Origin: Octopus vulgaris
Lineage: Eukaryota
Assembly: GCA_951406725.2 (NCBI GenBank)
Contig: OX597819.1
Span: 93,268,001-93,516,000 of the forward strand
Direction of reading: 5' to 3'
Length of the DNA stretch: 248,000 nt
The notes beneath the pieces are model-generated. The model was not told the origin of the DNA, did not search any database, and saw nothing but the letters and a program-made list of their open reading frames with translations. A program made the position numbers and the translations under genes. Of the stretch, positions 47,601 through 61,919 are shown piece by piece; position 1 is the first letter of the stretch; every line of letters starts with the position of its first letter.

Positions 47601-49859
47601 TTGTGCAAAAAATTTTAAACCGATATTAATATGATAGATAAGGTGGCACGCTGGTACAATTGTTATGGCACCAGACAAAATGCTTAGCGATATTTTTTTC
47701 TGATTCTTTACGTTCTGAGTAAAAAATTCAGCCGAGGTTAACTTTGCCTTCTAGCCTTTGGGGGAATTACTAGAATAATTACCCGTTGAGCACTGTGGTT
47801 GATGTAATCCACGTCCTCCTTCCCTCAAAATTACTGGTCTTCTAATACAATTTGAAACAGTTTAAACATGATAGAATCTTCGTAGAAGTCACTTGGCTCA
47901 GTGTTCAGGCTGTCGGATTGGTGAGCGATCAGGCATGGGTTTGATTACTGGGCCCGTAAGCATATTATATCCTTTGCGCAAGACCCTTCGTTTCACGTTC
48001 TTCTAAAAATGAAAATGCTTATCCTGCAAAACGAAGGCTAGCAGAATATTCGCCCTAAATCTTGCAAATGCAAAATGCCATATTAGCTCCACATGTCAAC
48101 GATCTTTGATAGCTTCAAGTATACTAGGTGATGAGTGCCTTTGTATTTAAAGTGTTAACTATGCTTTCGGCTAAAGGAGAGTGGATTGATGCTGAACGAA
48201 GTAGCTGCTGAAAAAAAGATAGACGTGTACTAGTAGAGGGAAGTGGTAACGGTCGAACAGAAAAGATGAAAGGAACATCAGTTAGTAGGCATATAATCAC
48301 ACTGTTACATATGCCAGAGTGCGTACGTGCATGATTGTGAATAGCCATGGTAGTGTTAGTAGGAACTTTGGTTGTTGGTATTGTCGTTGGGGGCGGAGTA
48401 AATGTGGTATTTCTGGAAGCGTCAGGAAGGTGACGCATGCACTTTAGTGCAAGTAAATGTCGTCTGCTAGTCAATGAAAAATGCATCTGGATATTCTCTT
48501 CGTAAATTTCAATATTCAAAAAGTGACTGCTATATTTCTATTAAAACTTTAATAAAGCTATTTTTATTTCATTATGGGTTGTTCTGTCAAGCATCAAATA
48601 TCTTGAAAAGTTACCTAACATTCAATTTGAAAATAATGAGCTGCAATAAGATATGGCAGAATGTTTGCAAATTAACTGGAGTGAGACAGGGAAGATGGAG
48701 AGATCGAATGCAGACGTCAAAATGAAATATGGGGCAAAGAGAAAGTAAGCTCTCAAAAATGCTGAAATATGCGAAGTTAGGAGGTAAAATCGCTACCTTA
48801 ATATGATCGAAAGAGACATAAGAGGATGAAATAAGAAGTCATTTGGAAAAAATAATACTAAAGAAAAATGAAAGCAGGTTATGAATGCTAAGAAAAATAT
48901 CTACTTGGAACAAATATCTACTCGAAACAAAAATTATGAAAGAATAGGAAATGAATTTAATGACAAGGACATATTTAGAACATACACAAAACAGAAACAC
49001 AAGAAGCGAAGTACAGTTGCTAGAACTTTAAAGAATGAGAGAAATGCAATTTATCTACTTAGTCAAGATTTATGGCTTCGCAGTGAATTATTAAACTGCT
49101 GCCTAAACAGCAGAGTTCAATTGCTAAATTTGGTGGACTATCTGCTGCGTTAAAGAACAGAATTATAACAAGCAACCGTCAACATTTTAGACACCATATT
49201 CCAATCTATAACCACGCCTTCTCAATTTTTGAAGCAAATTTCTCGTATAGGTGGGGACTGAACTGTTTCTGCAATCAAGGACAAATATGTTATTACCTAC
49301 TTAATTGTTACCCCAGAGAGAATTATCAGCTTTACATCACGAACGCAGCGATAGTAGTGAGAGTAAGAGCACGAACGCTTCAAAATAATCACTGTCTATA
49401 GTCAGAGATGAATATAATGACTACAAAACTATAAAAATGGTAAGACAAGAAAAACGAATGTCTTCAGAAAACTTTGCTCCACGAAGAATCTCTATACTTT
49501 TCATCAGGTCCAGAGCCTAAATAGTAGAACATTCCTTGAGGTATAGGGTTACTTCAATATGTTCCGTAGGGGCTGGAGCACCACAAGAATACAGAGACAA
49601 AGTTATCTGCCCAAAAGTACATTTCGGTAGCACATTTTCCTCTCCTGCCATCTTAATCCCACTGCATAGCAGCCTGAGCAAGTGTCTGCTACTATAGACC
49701 CAAATCAGTTCATGTTTCGTCAGCGAATCTGAAAGGCGGAAACATATTTGCGTGTCACTTGGAGAAAAAGGGTGGCACGTAAATATGTATCTTATGCAAG
49801 GACATCAGACGTGCTTATCAAAGTTTATAATGTTACAATACTACAGCTATCGATTTGCA

Positions 49860-49913
<54 letters not shown>

Positions 49914-52296
49914 GTAACTATCTATCTGTCTGTCTGTCTATCTATTTATCTATCTATCTATCTAACTATCTTTCTGTCTATCTACACATCTATCAGTATG
50001 TTTGGTTGTCTATCTATCTTTCTGGCTGTCAGTCTATTTTTATTTCTGCCTGTCTCTCTACCTATCTACCTGCTATTTCTTCTTCCGATTCTCAGTTTTC
50101 GCTCTGACATATTGTTTATTGATCTCCCAATCTGAGCGGAAATATTTATGCAAATGTATACATATATCTTTTATCATTCATTTGTGGAAGCCATTGGACT
50201 GCGACTATGCTGGAGTACCGCCATGAAGGTTTTGTCGAACGGATCAACTACAGCACTTATTCTTTAAAGTCTAATACTTATTTCATTGTCTGATAAAGTC
50301 TGATAATATTTTTAAGTATGTCTGATGCTTATTTTTTAAATAAGTCTGATAGAGACTTAAATAAGTCTGATAGAGACTTAAATAAGTCTGAAGTTATCTG
50401 CATTTCGACAGAGATTCGACCTGCTGAAATAACAGTCAAACCTTCCTTAAATCATACCCTACCACTTTTAATTAACGAAACAACGCATTAGAAATTTTTA
50501 AAAAAGACAGTTCGCCGTGAATGGAATATAAGATCTGGTCGATTGGATTTAACCTGTGGCTAAACAACATCAGCAGCAACAGCCACACCGACAACCTCAA
50601 CAACACATTCATGATTTATTAAATGTTAAGTTTACTGTGTGCAAACGTACTGAATGAACGAAAGAGTGAGTAGGTTTGTGCGAGACAGCGTATCTGCAAT
50701 AATATGCATGTATGCACTAACGCATGCTTCTATATGCGAGTAAAGGTTAAATATTCTCTCGCTCTATGATATGATATCGAAAAGAAAGGAATGTAGCAGC
50801 AGATATTATTTTGCTAATGGCTACATTTCCATTGTATTATTTTCTAGAACATTTCTTGTTTTCTTCTGTTACTAAGTTCATTCTAACAAAGTTACAATAT
50901 TGTAGGCAAAATACGAGCATCTGAAACATGCAATATATGGAAAACAAAAGCTTTTGTAAATAGATCAAATTTGGTCTACAAATAATAAACCTGCAAAGAA
51001 AAATGAACTGCAAAAACACAGAAAAGATCTTTCATCTCTTTGATTGTTCTTTTTTAATTTCAGTATAACCTTTGAATTTACGTTTGGGTTCCTGAAAGAT
51101 AACTGTAGATATCTAAATAGCATTGATACAATAAAAAGTTACTAACACTGTTAATCATCAATAGCTGCCATTATAATAAATAAACGAATAAAATAATACA
51201 ACACTCAAAATAAAATATTGAAGCTACATTCTAATTATTGCAATTTTATTCTACGAATTTACATCGTATTTAGTTTGTTCGTTTTTGATTTTTAGATTTT
51301 CCCTCCTTTTGTTTTTTCGCTAGATATTTTAATACATTGTTCTAAAATAAAAACACGTGATTTTCTTCGTCTAATAATATCTGGGGAACAGTCATTAAAT
51401 CGTTAAACTGCAGCAGTGCAAAATTTTAAGATTCATTTCCTGTCGTTGAACCTTTACTGAAATTCACGTCATAGCAATTGATCTAAACACACAGCCATTA
51501 AAAATACTAGACATAATGTTTGAATTTTAATATACGTCTATTAATTACGCACCAATGTCGATAAGTTATCCGCTTATTTCATTTGATATCAAATACAAAA
51601 TATTCAACAGCTGCTTTTGCATTGATATGATGTTTGAAAGTATCATTATTGACTTGGCGTCGACTTCCGGTTTTATTACGAAAGACAGTCAACTGAAATA
51701 TTGCACTTAGAATCAGGTAACTTTCGTGCTGAGAATTCAACAATACAAAACTGCTGAATATTGGAATAGCTACCGAATTTTGTGAATGACAAATGTGGAT
51801 ACATACATCAGACTCCTATTTATAACAGTTATAGCCACGAGATGCTCAAAAGAAATCAATACTGTTATTAACTGAAAGATAAGCATTAATTATTGACTTG
51901 TTGGGATTAGGTATGAGGCCACTTGTTGAAGAGACGGAATGTAGTTGGTTAAATCACTTCCATTACACTACACATCTTTCTTTTATTGATCTTGGTGTAT
52001 GAAATATGATGTCAACCTCAGCATAATCAGAAATCGGAACCCAGTGAGACGACATATATATACTTTAAGACCGTTGTTTTTTACTGCATCAGATACATCA
52101 AAGATTCCAGGGTTGACACTGAGATTTATTTATGACTTGGGAACACGGCCACAAGCCAATAAATGAAAGGCTTTGTCGATTGAATCAATTTCAATATATA
52201 TATATATGTGTGTGTGTGTGGTGCTCATTTTATTGACAGGTACCATATCTAAGGACATTGCCCTTTTATAGTAATAAATACATATGAAAATATATT

Positions 52297-52342
<46 letters not shown>

Positions 52343-52870
52343 AAATATAAATTTATATCTTGAGTGACAACAACGCTCAAGATATACAACGGACTGGAAA
52401 TAGAAGTGCTCTAATGAGCTGTATACAGTTTTTTATCCGAGGGGGGGCAATGCGAGCAACAACCACAGGAACATCAGAAAATCCACAGAATGACAAAGAC
52501 ATACAAATCTTCATATACTCATTTATATCTATAAAGCCCGACATTTAAACATTTTTTAATTTAGTAATATATAAATATATCATATAAAAATATAAATTTT
52601 GCATATATATTACTAAATTTTAAAAATGTTAAATGTCGGGCTTTATAGATATAAATGAGTATATGAAGATTTGTATGTGTTTGGTCATTCTGTGGATTTT
52701 CTGATGTTCCTGTGGTTGTTGCTCGCATTGCCACCCCTCGGATAAAAAAGTATACATATATAAATACACGAATATGTATCTATATTTGTGTGTGCGTGTG
52801 TGTGAGTATATACATATGTACGTATAAATATATGTGTGTATGCCTGTGTGCACACACACGGATTTATATA

Positions 52871-53959
52871 CAGTGACTGGACAAAATGATGTATACAACA
52901 CTATATATTTAACTTTTTTTCTTTTGGCAATATAACTAATTCTAAACAGCTCTAATCTGTATATGAGAAGATATATTTAAATAAGTCAAAATGCATGGTC
53001 TATCTAAAATGCTGGAGTGCGGATGGTTGGATCCTCAGTCACGGAAACTGCTGTATTGTGTAATGTTTCGAAAACATTCGAAAAGTACATTCTCTAAAAT
53101 CATGTTGGCATTCTAAAGCCTAGAAAAATCCAGCAACATAATTCTGGATGGAAAACAAAGCTCACAGAGACAGTAGTAAAACATATTTTGTCTGAAATCC
53201 ATTGAACTGCGGCAGCCAAAGTAACAGCAGAGCTAAGCCACATTGTGTCAACTAAAATCATTCCTGCTGAGTTCTATAAACTGGGAAACATAAACGTTTC
53301 TTAACCATGATCGACATTGACAAGAGTAAAAAATGGTGTCTCAAAAATCAGAAGTAGTTAGTGGCTGAATGGAACAATATCGTCTCTGATGAATTCATCG
53401 TTCAACTACTTACTCACTTAGGACGAGTTTATGTCTAGAGATTGCTTCTCCCATACCACGATGGACTGAGGTGACACTGTAATGATTTGGACAGCTATTT
53501 CACGGAATTCTTTTGGATTAGTTTTTTTCTACGTGGAAAGGTTAACACCAAGGATTCACTGAGTATTTTGGCTAATCATATTCACCCTTTGGGACAAAGA
53601 TTGTTCCCTTATAGGGCAACTTTCCAAGATAATAATGAACCGATTAACATGGTTAATGTTCTTCAGCTGTACAAAGAGCACAAAAGTATTGTTCACCCAA
53701 TCTCATAGGCCTCCAAAATCACCGGATCTCAAATTAATCGAAAATTTCCTGGGTATTTTCAAGCAGAAAGCGATGAGTCACTCCCTCTACCATTGCTTGG
53801 TTTTACTTGAAGAAAGATGGAAAATTGCGTTTAGAAACATGTACACATTCATTCCTTGACGTATTAATGTTGTAATTGCAACCAATAGTGGACCAACTCT
53901 GTATTAAATAATACAGCTTCCATTTAACAAGGTATTTCCGTAATTTTGTCCCACCCCTG
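52871..53959 (+). mobile_element. Degenerate Tc1 element
   Basis: TA-flanked TIRs cagtgactggacaaaatga / taattttgtcccacccctg; fragments TFQDNN, PPKSPDLKLIEN. Confidence 0.75.
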
Positions 53960-53985
53960 TACCTATATGTGTGTGTTTGTACGTG

Positions 53986-54053
<68 letters not shown>

Positions 54054-54378
54054 CAAAATAAGCAGCAGGATATCAAATAGTAATACTGTAGACCGATTCA
54101 AGCAGCTACATTTAATTGAACACTGCATTCATTACATCATTATAAATATAGCGCCATCTTCAGCTGCCCAAAAGAATATTTGGAGCTTCAACAGGTAGGG
54201 TACATTAATGTAATTGTTAAATTAAATGGAGATGCTTGAAACGGTCGTACTGCATTACTACTGGATAGCCTGTTGCTTATTTTGATTTTATTCACCCTAC
54301 TTCGAGCTGTGCGGGTAACACCGACTGACTTGGTGTTTCAACTTAAGTACCTAATTCAACTAATCTTCATTAATTCTC

Positions 54379-54423
<45 letters not shown>

Positions 54424-55627
54424 GTCGTATGTGTATAAGCAGTAAAAATGTTACCGTTACTTTCGCACTGACTATTTTCACGATTTTTGAGACATATTGG
54501 CCGGAAACGCATTGCCACCTTTGTACGGGACACTAGGTTCACTTGTTGGTAGTAAAAACTGAAGAAGCTCTGTAACTATGAGTGCAGAGGTGTATGCGTG
54601 TGATATATGTGTGCGTGTGTGTCGTTCCCTAGTTCAAATTCCAGGAATGTTAAGTTGCATAGATGAATTTATTTGAAATTTTCACCTAAAATGTCTTTGC
54701 ATATTGCTGCATCTTCAAACTTCTTGCACTTCAGGATAAATTTCCTTTCTTTGAGGCTTAGTCCGTCTCTCTTCAATATTTCTAAAAGGTTAAACCAAAA
54801 AAGAAATGAAAACTAAGTGGTCATCTGTAAAAATGTGTAAACATTTTATTGGAACACCCTGTGTGTATATGGACAGATAGATACATACATGCATGCATGC
54901 ATGCATACATACATACATGCATACATACATACATACATACATACATACATAGGGGAGAATTAAAAAAAAAACAAAGACGAAGAGAGGCGGTGTAGACAAC
55001 AAACAGATCTATTGGTATAATGCTCGGGAATTGAAAAAGTCTTTAACGTTTCGAGCCTTCGCTCTTCCACAGAAAGGAACACAGAAAGAAACAAGGGGAG
55101 AGAATAAAGAGAGAAAATAAAGATACATACATACATACATACATACATACATACATACATACACACATACATACATGCTGCATGCATAGATATATACTGC
55201 ATAAATACGTATATGGATATGTCTCTGTTTATGTGAATGAAAACTGTATAGATGTTAATATATGGGTGGAAAGAATGGTCGTATTATATGCATATAATCG
55301 CGTGTGTGTGTGTTAGAGGGAGAGAGAGTGTGTGTGTGTGTGAGAAGATAATATAAAAGAGAGAGTGAGAAAGAGAGAGAGGTCAATGCTACTTTTTTCA
55401 CACAAATGTCGATAAAAAGAAAAATCTACTAAAGGTGATAAAACGTGGTCACAATTGAGTGACTGAAATATGCGAAGGAATAAATGCGTGTGTGTGTACA
55501 TGTATGTATATGTGTGTGTGTGTATGTATGTATATGTGTAAATATATACATATGTATATGTATGTATATATATGCAAATATACATATATATATACATATA
55601 TATATACATAGATATATATATAGACAT

Positions 55628-55666
<39 letters not shown>

Positions 55667-55685
55667 TAGATATATATATATACAC

Positions 55686-55721
<36 letters not shown>

Positions 55722-55736
55722 GTGCATCTGTATATG

Positions 55737-55787
<51 letters not shown>

Positions 55788-57294
55788 GTGCATCTGTATA
55801 TGTATGTATATGTGTATACGTATATATATATGTGCGCGCGCGAGTGTGTGCATGTGTGTGTGTGTATATATATATGTATACATGTATGTATGCATGCATA
55901 CGTATGTATGTATGTATGCATGCGTATGTATGTATGCATGCATACGTATTTATGTATGTATGCATGCATACGTATTTATGTATGTATGCATGTATGTATG
56001 TATGTATGTATGTATGTATGTATGTATGTATGTATGTATGTATGTATGTATGTGCAAGTATATGGTGCACTGGACTGATCAATGTATAAGTTGATAATAT
56101 GGGTGGATTCACAGATGGATGGAAAAATGAATGGAGGAATTTGCACAAATTCTTCTACAGAAGGATAGCCGAAAAAAAAATGGTAGCTTCCTATATTATA
56201 TTTAACCTTCTGTCAGCCAATATTTTCGCACTGCGTAGCGGCAAAGATTACTAATAATATAACCTAAATCCATCAGCTTAAAGTTTGGGGTTTCCTCAGA
56301 CTACAACGGCTATAAATAGCACAGCATCTGGATCTGCTAAGAAGAGGCTGTTGATGATAACTGAGTTTTTATACTTTTTCCTCTGTTGTTTTATATGTAT
56401 TTATTTTAAGGTGGGTGGGTTTCTCTTGATAATGTATGCGTTACTTGGTGCCCGTCTGTAACTGTGTATGAATATATGTATGTAGGTTTGCGTGTAGCGC
56501 CGACACGTCCTACTTCTCTCTTTTCCTTTCCCTCTCTCTCGACCTACTCTTTCTCACTCTATCTCCATTCATTGCTGTGTATGTTTCTCTATATCTGCCC
56601 ATACATATACACTTACACACACAACATATATATGCACGTATATATTCATCCATACATATTACACATGCACATACGCACGAGTCTACGTTTTTTTTGTTTT
56701 GTTTTTTTTTTAAGGCAAGTTCTCTCAACAAACAAGGGGATTTTCTCTTTCGGCAAAGAATTAACTTTTGAAGTAACAGACCTGCCCTTAGTACAAATAC
56801 ATAGGTTTCAAATTTTGGCACAAGGCCTGTAATTTCGCACGAGGGGTAAGTCGATTCCATCCATCCCAGTTTTCCACACGCACTTATTTTATCGACCTCC
56901 GAAAAGATAAAATTAAAGCAGACTGCTGTGGTATTTGAACTCCGAACGTAAAGACGGACGAAATACAACAAAGTAGTTTTGCCGGAGTCCTTACGATTCT
57001 GCCAGTTCACAACCTCGGAAATGCAGCTATGTTATCATATATATATATATATATTCTCATTAACCATACACATATAACAGGTATTTAGCACTGATTACGA
57101 ACCAATATACTAAAAAAAAAAAGATATGTAATAGGGTCCGTAATTTACATTTGAATAGGTTTGGTCATCAATTGAAATAAGGTTTTGCACAAATGGATGT
57201 ACAAATGGTCTAAGATAGCTTTTAAAAAAATGAAGAAAACTTGGGAGTATGAGTATTCCTGAAATCGATGAGGCATCATACATACATACATACA

Positions 57295-57337
<43 letters not shown>

Positions 57338-57611
57338 GTATATATATATATACGTATATATATATGTGTCTTCAATACAACCATCTGGCTTTAACTTGGT
57401 TTAAAATTCCTTGGTTTGTTTGGGCAAGACAGTTTTTTCACCCCTTGCTGCTTGGTAGGTGTGCAAATGCACATATTTGTGTAGGTGTGTTGATATTATT
57501 GAAAAATGTAGTTCACCATGAAAATATGAGATCCATGAAATTCCTGAACTGTGAAGGCCAAAGTAAATGACTTGCTGTCAGAGACACTTGTGTTGGGTGA
57601 CTTGTTCTGCT

Positions 57612-57998
57612 TCAGATAGGAATGGTCCAACCAATCTGTTTTAATGTGTTGTTAGAATATCTACTGTAGTTAACATCTTGGATGTTGGGGCAGCCACTGA
57701 AGTTAACAATTGTTAGCTTGGGGCAGAATTTTAGTACAAGTTCTACTGATTTGTTAGATATCTTTTCAATATTCCGAAGGACCATCTCCTCAAGTGTGTT
57801 ATGACAACAACCTGCAACTAGGGAAGCAATCCCAGCGTCAGTGATTGAATTTCTACTGAAGTCTATACTCCTCAAGTAATGGCAATTTTCTCCCAGAGCT
57901 TGCATTGCTACGTCTGTGACTTTGGAACATTGGCTTAAATTTAAACAATGAATATTCCGGCAGGATCTAGACAAAGCTACCACAGTAGCATCATCGCA
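57612..57998 (-). pseudogene. AMN1: AMN1-like (antagonist of mitotic exit network 1 homolog, LRR protein) C-terminal cDNA fragment; probable processed retrocopy
   Basis: CDDATVVALSRSCRNIHCLNLSQCSKVTDVAMQALGENCHYLRSIDFS...GIASLVAGCCHNTLEE...FCPKLTIVNFSGCP...LKQIGWTI* resembles the metazoan AMN1 C-terminus (…LKQVTWTVY). It is uninterrupted, has no splice acceptor, and its 5' end is fused directly to the reverse strand of PLE2. Confidence 0.8.
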
Positions 57999-58003
57999 CG
58001 GCG

Positions 58004-59179
58004 ATGGGAACGAGGTTTGCTCCCGTTTACGCCAACTCTGTAATGGGATACTTAGAAGAACAACTCTACCAAGAGGTGGAGGTAAACTATGGCACTGGAT
58101 TTAGAAAGTATATTGAAAAGGCATGGAAGAGATACCTAGACGACTGTTTCATAATCTGGACAGAATCTCTAAATACTCTGGAAGAGTTCAATATCCTCCT
58201 GAACAACCTACACCCATCTCTCAAATTTACAAAGGAGATGAGTAGTACCAAATTACCATTCCTGGATATAATGGTAATTAAAAAAGACACCACCATCACC
58301 ACAGATATATACTATAAACACACAGACACACATCAATACCTAAATTTTAAGTCGTGCCATCCACCACATACAAAACGTAACATCCCATACTGCCTAGCCA
58401 GAAGAATTTGTACTATTGTAGAAGATGCAAATATCAGGAACAAACGCCTAATAGAACTAAGAGAATTTTTGCTCAAACAAAAATACCCATCTCTACTTAT
58501 AGAAAATGGCATACAGCGGGCTATAAAAATACCTATACAACAACTTAGGACAACCCAAGGAAGAGGAAAACAAGAACAAGTCATACCATTCATAGTGACA
58601 CACAACCCATGTCACCAGAATATCTTCAACATTGCCAAAGCAAACCTACCAATCATTGCCCAAAGTAATGAATTAAAAGACATAATCAAGGATCGAGCTA
58701 TGGTGCTTAGTAAAAGACAGCCTAAAAACTTGAAAACATTACTAACAAAGGCTAAATTTGACCTCAGCAACAAAGACCAAACATTCACGGTATCTAAATG
58801 CAATGATAGCCGATGTGGCACATGCCAATTCATACATACCGGTCAATATATAAACACAAAAACCGGGAAAATATTCACAAACGCGAATATGAACTGCAAA
58901 AGCAGAAATTTAATTTACTGCATCAAATGCCCAAATTGTGAAGAAATATATGTAGGTCAGACGGGAAACGCACTATTAGAACGCTCACGTGTACACCGGC
59001 AACAGATTAGAGACCCAGAGGTCCGTCAGATACCTTTGAGTAACCACCTAGCAACATGTGGTCGGAAAATATATATAATATTTCCATTCTACAAATTACA
59101 CAGCCCAAGTGAAATCGAGAGGAAAATCAGAGAAAAGAATTTTATTGATAAATTCGAACCCAAGCTAAATAAGCAATAA
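58004..59179 (+). CDS. Penelope-like element RT C-terminal half plus GIY-YIG endonuclease (second family, 5'-truncated)
   Basis: MGTRFAPVYAN..MGYLEE, WKRYLDDCFIIW, LPFLD, YYKHTDTHQYLNFKSCHP, NLIYCIKCPNCEEIYVGQTG. Open 391-aa frame. Confidence 0.95.
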   Translation: MGTRFAPVYANSVMGYLEEQLYQEVEVNYGTGFRKYIEKAWKRYLDDCFIIWTESLNTLEEFNILLNNLHPSLKFTKEMSSTKLPFLDIMVIKKDTTITTDIYYKHTDTHQYLNFKSCHPPHTKRNIPYCLARRICTIVEDANIRNKRLIELREFLLKQKYPSLLIENGIQRAIKIPIQQLRTTQGRGKQEQVIPFIVTHNPCHQNIFNIAKANLPIIAQSNELKDIIKDRAMVLSKRQPKNLKTLLTKAKFDLSNKDQTFTVSKCNDSRCGTCQFIHTGQYINTKTGKIFTNANMNCKSRNLIYCIKCPNCEEIYVGQTGNALLERSRVHRQQIRDPEVRQIPLSNHLATCGRKIYIIFPFYKLHSPSEIERKIREKNFIDKFEPKLNKQ

Positions 59180-59664
59180 TAATAATACTTAGAGGTATTA
59201 CTTCCACTGCTACGACCATGATCACTAACAACAACAACAATACTAAAGGTGATCAAGACGAAGATAGCAGGAAAATTATCTTATTTAGGGTTAAAAGTTC
59301 TATTGCCACCACCATCACCACTAGCAACAATAATTAAGGTGCTGACAATGATGATGATGACAATTGAAATATAAAAATATAAAAATCTCTGACAAAGGAT
59401 ATTTACAACATTTCTAAAAATAACCCAACAATTGCTGCTTCGGCCAGGGTCAAGATACAGGACTCTTGACCTGTCCAACAAAGCGTGATGCCTAAACCAA
59501 TCAGCTCAACCAACCAATCAGCTTAAGTAATTGAGTGATACTACACACTGATTGGTCAGAATACAGTTTGCAAAACCTAGCACATCTGGAGCCTACCCAG
59601 CTGTATTTATATATCACTCATCTTGCTACAGTCAAAAATAAGCATGACTGTCAACACTACTACA

Positions 59665-59710
59665 TGAACCCGAAGATTGCAGAATTCAATGCATGAAAGT
59701 ACTAGTGTCA
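59665..59710 (+). ncRNA. Minimal hammerhead-like motif (CCGAAGA core) in the PLE2 pLTR
   Basis: TGAAC-CCGAAGA-T-TGCA(gaattcaa)TGCA-T-GAAA-GTAC-TA-GT(G)TCA. The solo copy at 163581-163625 (- strand) has a perfect stem I, TGAAC/GTTCA. Confidence 0.6.
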
Positions 59711-59872
59711 ATCAGAATGAATATTTAACATTCTACTATTTCATTTTATTTTATTCAATTATAATATATTATCTTATAATATATCATTATAAGATTGTAA
59801 ATAAAACGTGAAAATCAGACAAGGTTGGAATTCTTTTTATTAATATATTCTTCTATACACAATCACACACAC

Positions 59873-59944
<72 letters not shown>

Positions 59945-59948
59945 TTAT

Positions 59949-60013
<65 letters not shown>

Positions 60014-60382
60014 TGGGATAAAACTTACTTGGAAAAGGATGCGTGGCGTTCGATCATATAATATAAATAATATATAAATATATGCATACATATATGTACA
60101 TACCTACATTTATATGTGTATATACATGCATATATGGGTACAGGACATGAAAAAAAACGTGGACACAATGAGAAACGAAAACAATAAACAAAAACATAGA
60201 AAACGAACTTTTTTTCGAACAACGAAAAAAACAGAGAAACGAGGCATGCAACATAGAGAATATTCCCCTTCATCAGTTGTCCCTGGTTCATCTACTCCGC
60301 GTTGCAAAGGTAAGGACAATACGCGACTTCATTGAAATGCTCCTTCCTGCAAAGCAAATTAAATAAAATTTGAGATTTTTTG

Positions 60383-60433
<51 letters not shown>

Positions 60434-61102
60434 GATGAGCAATATGACAAATAACTCGTAATAAGTTTACCATCATTCTCGTATTGACTATTGCATTTGA
60501 CAATATTGACGATTATTCAGATACACGGGCCTGAGCGTATAGCCTCTTTTACCCTGGGGTATGAATAGACCTTGATTACCTCGGAATGAAACTTGAAAAC
60601 TTATAAAAATTTGCCAGGATTAAAAGATGCGTAACTTCTCGTAGATTGATATTAGCCGTGGTTGTCAGCTCTTGCCTAGCCCAGAAATGGGTACGACGAC
60701 ATTGTCAGAACTTTTGGAGTTCAGGATGAATTCGGACTGTACAATTTTTTTTTTTTAGATTGATTCTCCTTTCTGTCAAGCAAATCTGGCAACGCCTACT
60801 TCTATATAACTGATATACATAGCATTGCGCTTACCCGGGAACCTAAAAGAGCATCTGTGATTATCCAGCCTGTCGGTCAGTCTTAGTGCGTGCCTACACC
60901 TCTGCTTTGTAAACCAGAGCTTCACAATTTGTACTGCATTGACCATTCACTGGCCACTCACTGTAAATCCTGGATAGTTGTAAAAAAAAATAAAGATAAA
61001 ACGCGACAATGACAAATGTAACGATGATTATCATCGTTATCAAAATCATTACCACCGTCATCAATAGTAATGACAAGACGCGGACGGTAACGATTTGTGT
61101 GA

Positions 61103-61168
<66 letters not shown>

Positions 61169-61350
61169 TGTGTGTGTGTTGTGTTGTGTGTGTGTGTGGT
61201 CAGTTTACTTTTCTTGACCCTAATAAGTTTCTTGCGTTTTTTTTTTATTTTATTTTTAATCGGTTTTGTTTCAAAGCAAACTCTAAATCCTTTGAAGAAT
61301 TTCAAACTTTGTAAGATCTGAAGAATTATGACAAAAAGGTATGAGTGGGT

Positions 61351-61381
<31 letters not shown>

Positions 61382-61883
61382 AGTGTGTGTGTATTTGTCT
61401 TTGTGTGTACGTGTGTGTGTTTGTTTTTGTGCGTGTACGTCTGTTTGCGCTCATGCGTATGTGTATGTGTATGTAAGTATATATATTTTTCGTTTTCTGT
61501 AAATCTGAACTATACAGAAAACAAAAGACGAAAACAGGTTAGGGAACAACAAGCAGGTGTAATTTGACTCTCGGTGAAAATGGAATAGTCTTTGATGTTT
61601 CGACCCTATCGTCCTCGACAGAAAGGTTTGAGAGGAAAACAATGGAGAGAGAACGAAAAAACAAAGACGAGGAGAGATAAAATATGTAGGGATTAACGGT
61701 CCAGCAGGATGAAATAACCAGATGCAGTCATCGTATTTCATGTTGTTTACGGTTTGTGACGTCCCGTACCCATATATGCATATGTACATGTGTATGTACA
61801 TATATATATATATATATATATTATTTATACTATTATTTAGTGAACGCCACGCATCCATTTCCAAGTAAGTTTAAACATATATT

Positions 61884-61919
<36 letters not shown>

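Larger units (their letters stand above)
57996..59874 (+). mobile_element. Penelope-like retroelement PLE2
   Basis: ORF plus 3' UTR/pLTR ending at a (TA)n tract. The 3' 250 bp recur as a solo inverted copy at 163412-163666. Confidence 0.9.

Noticed and set aside
57612-57983. AMN1-like ORF as a functional native exon
   Set aside because: There is no upstream acceptor or polypyrimidine tract, the sequence 5' of it is the reverse strand of a PLE, and no other AMN1 exons were seen.
60130-60370. CTGATGA in the repeat family at 60.1, 62.5, 63.1 and 158.7 kb as a hammerhead
   Set aside because: No GAAA follows stem II in any copy, so a complete core cannot be drawn.
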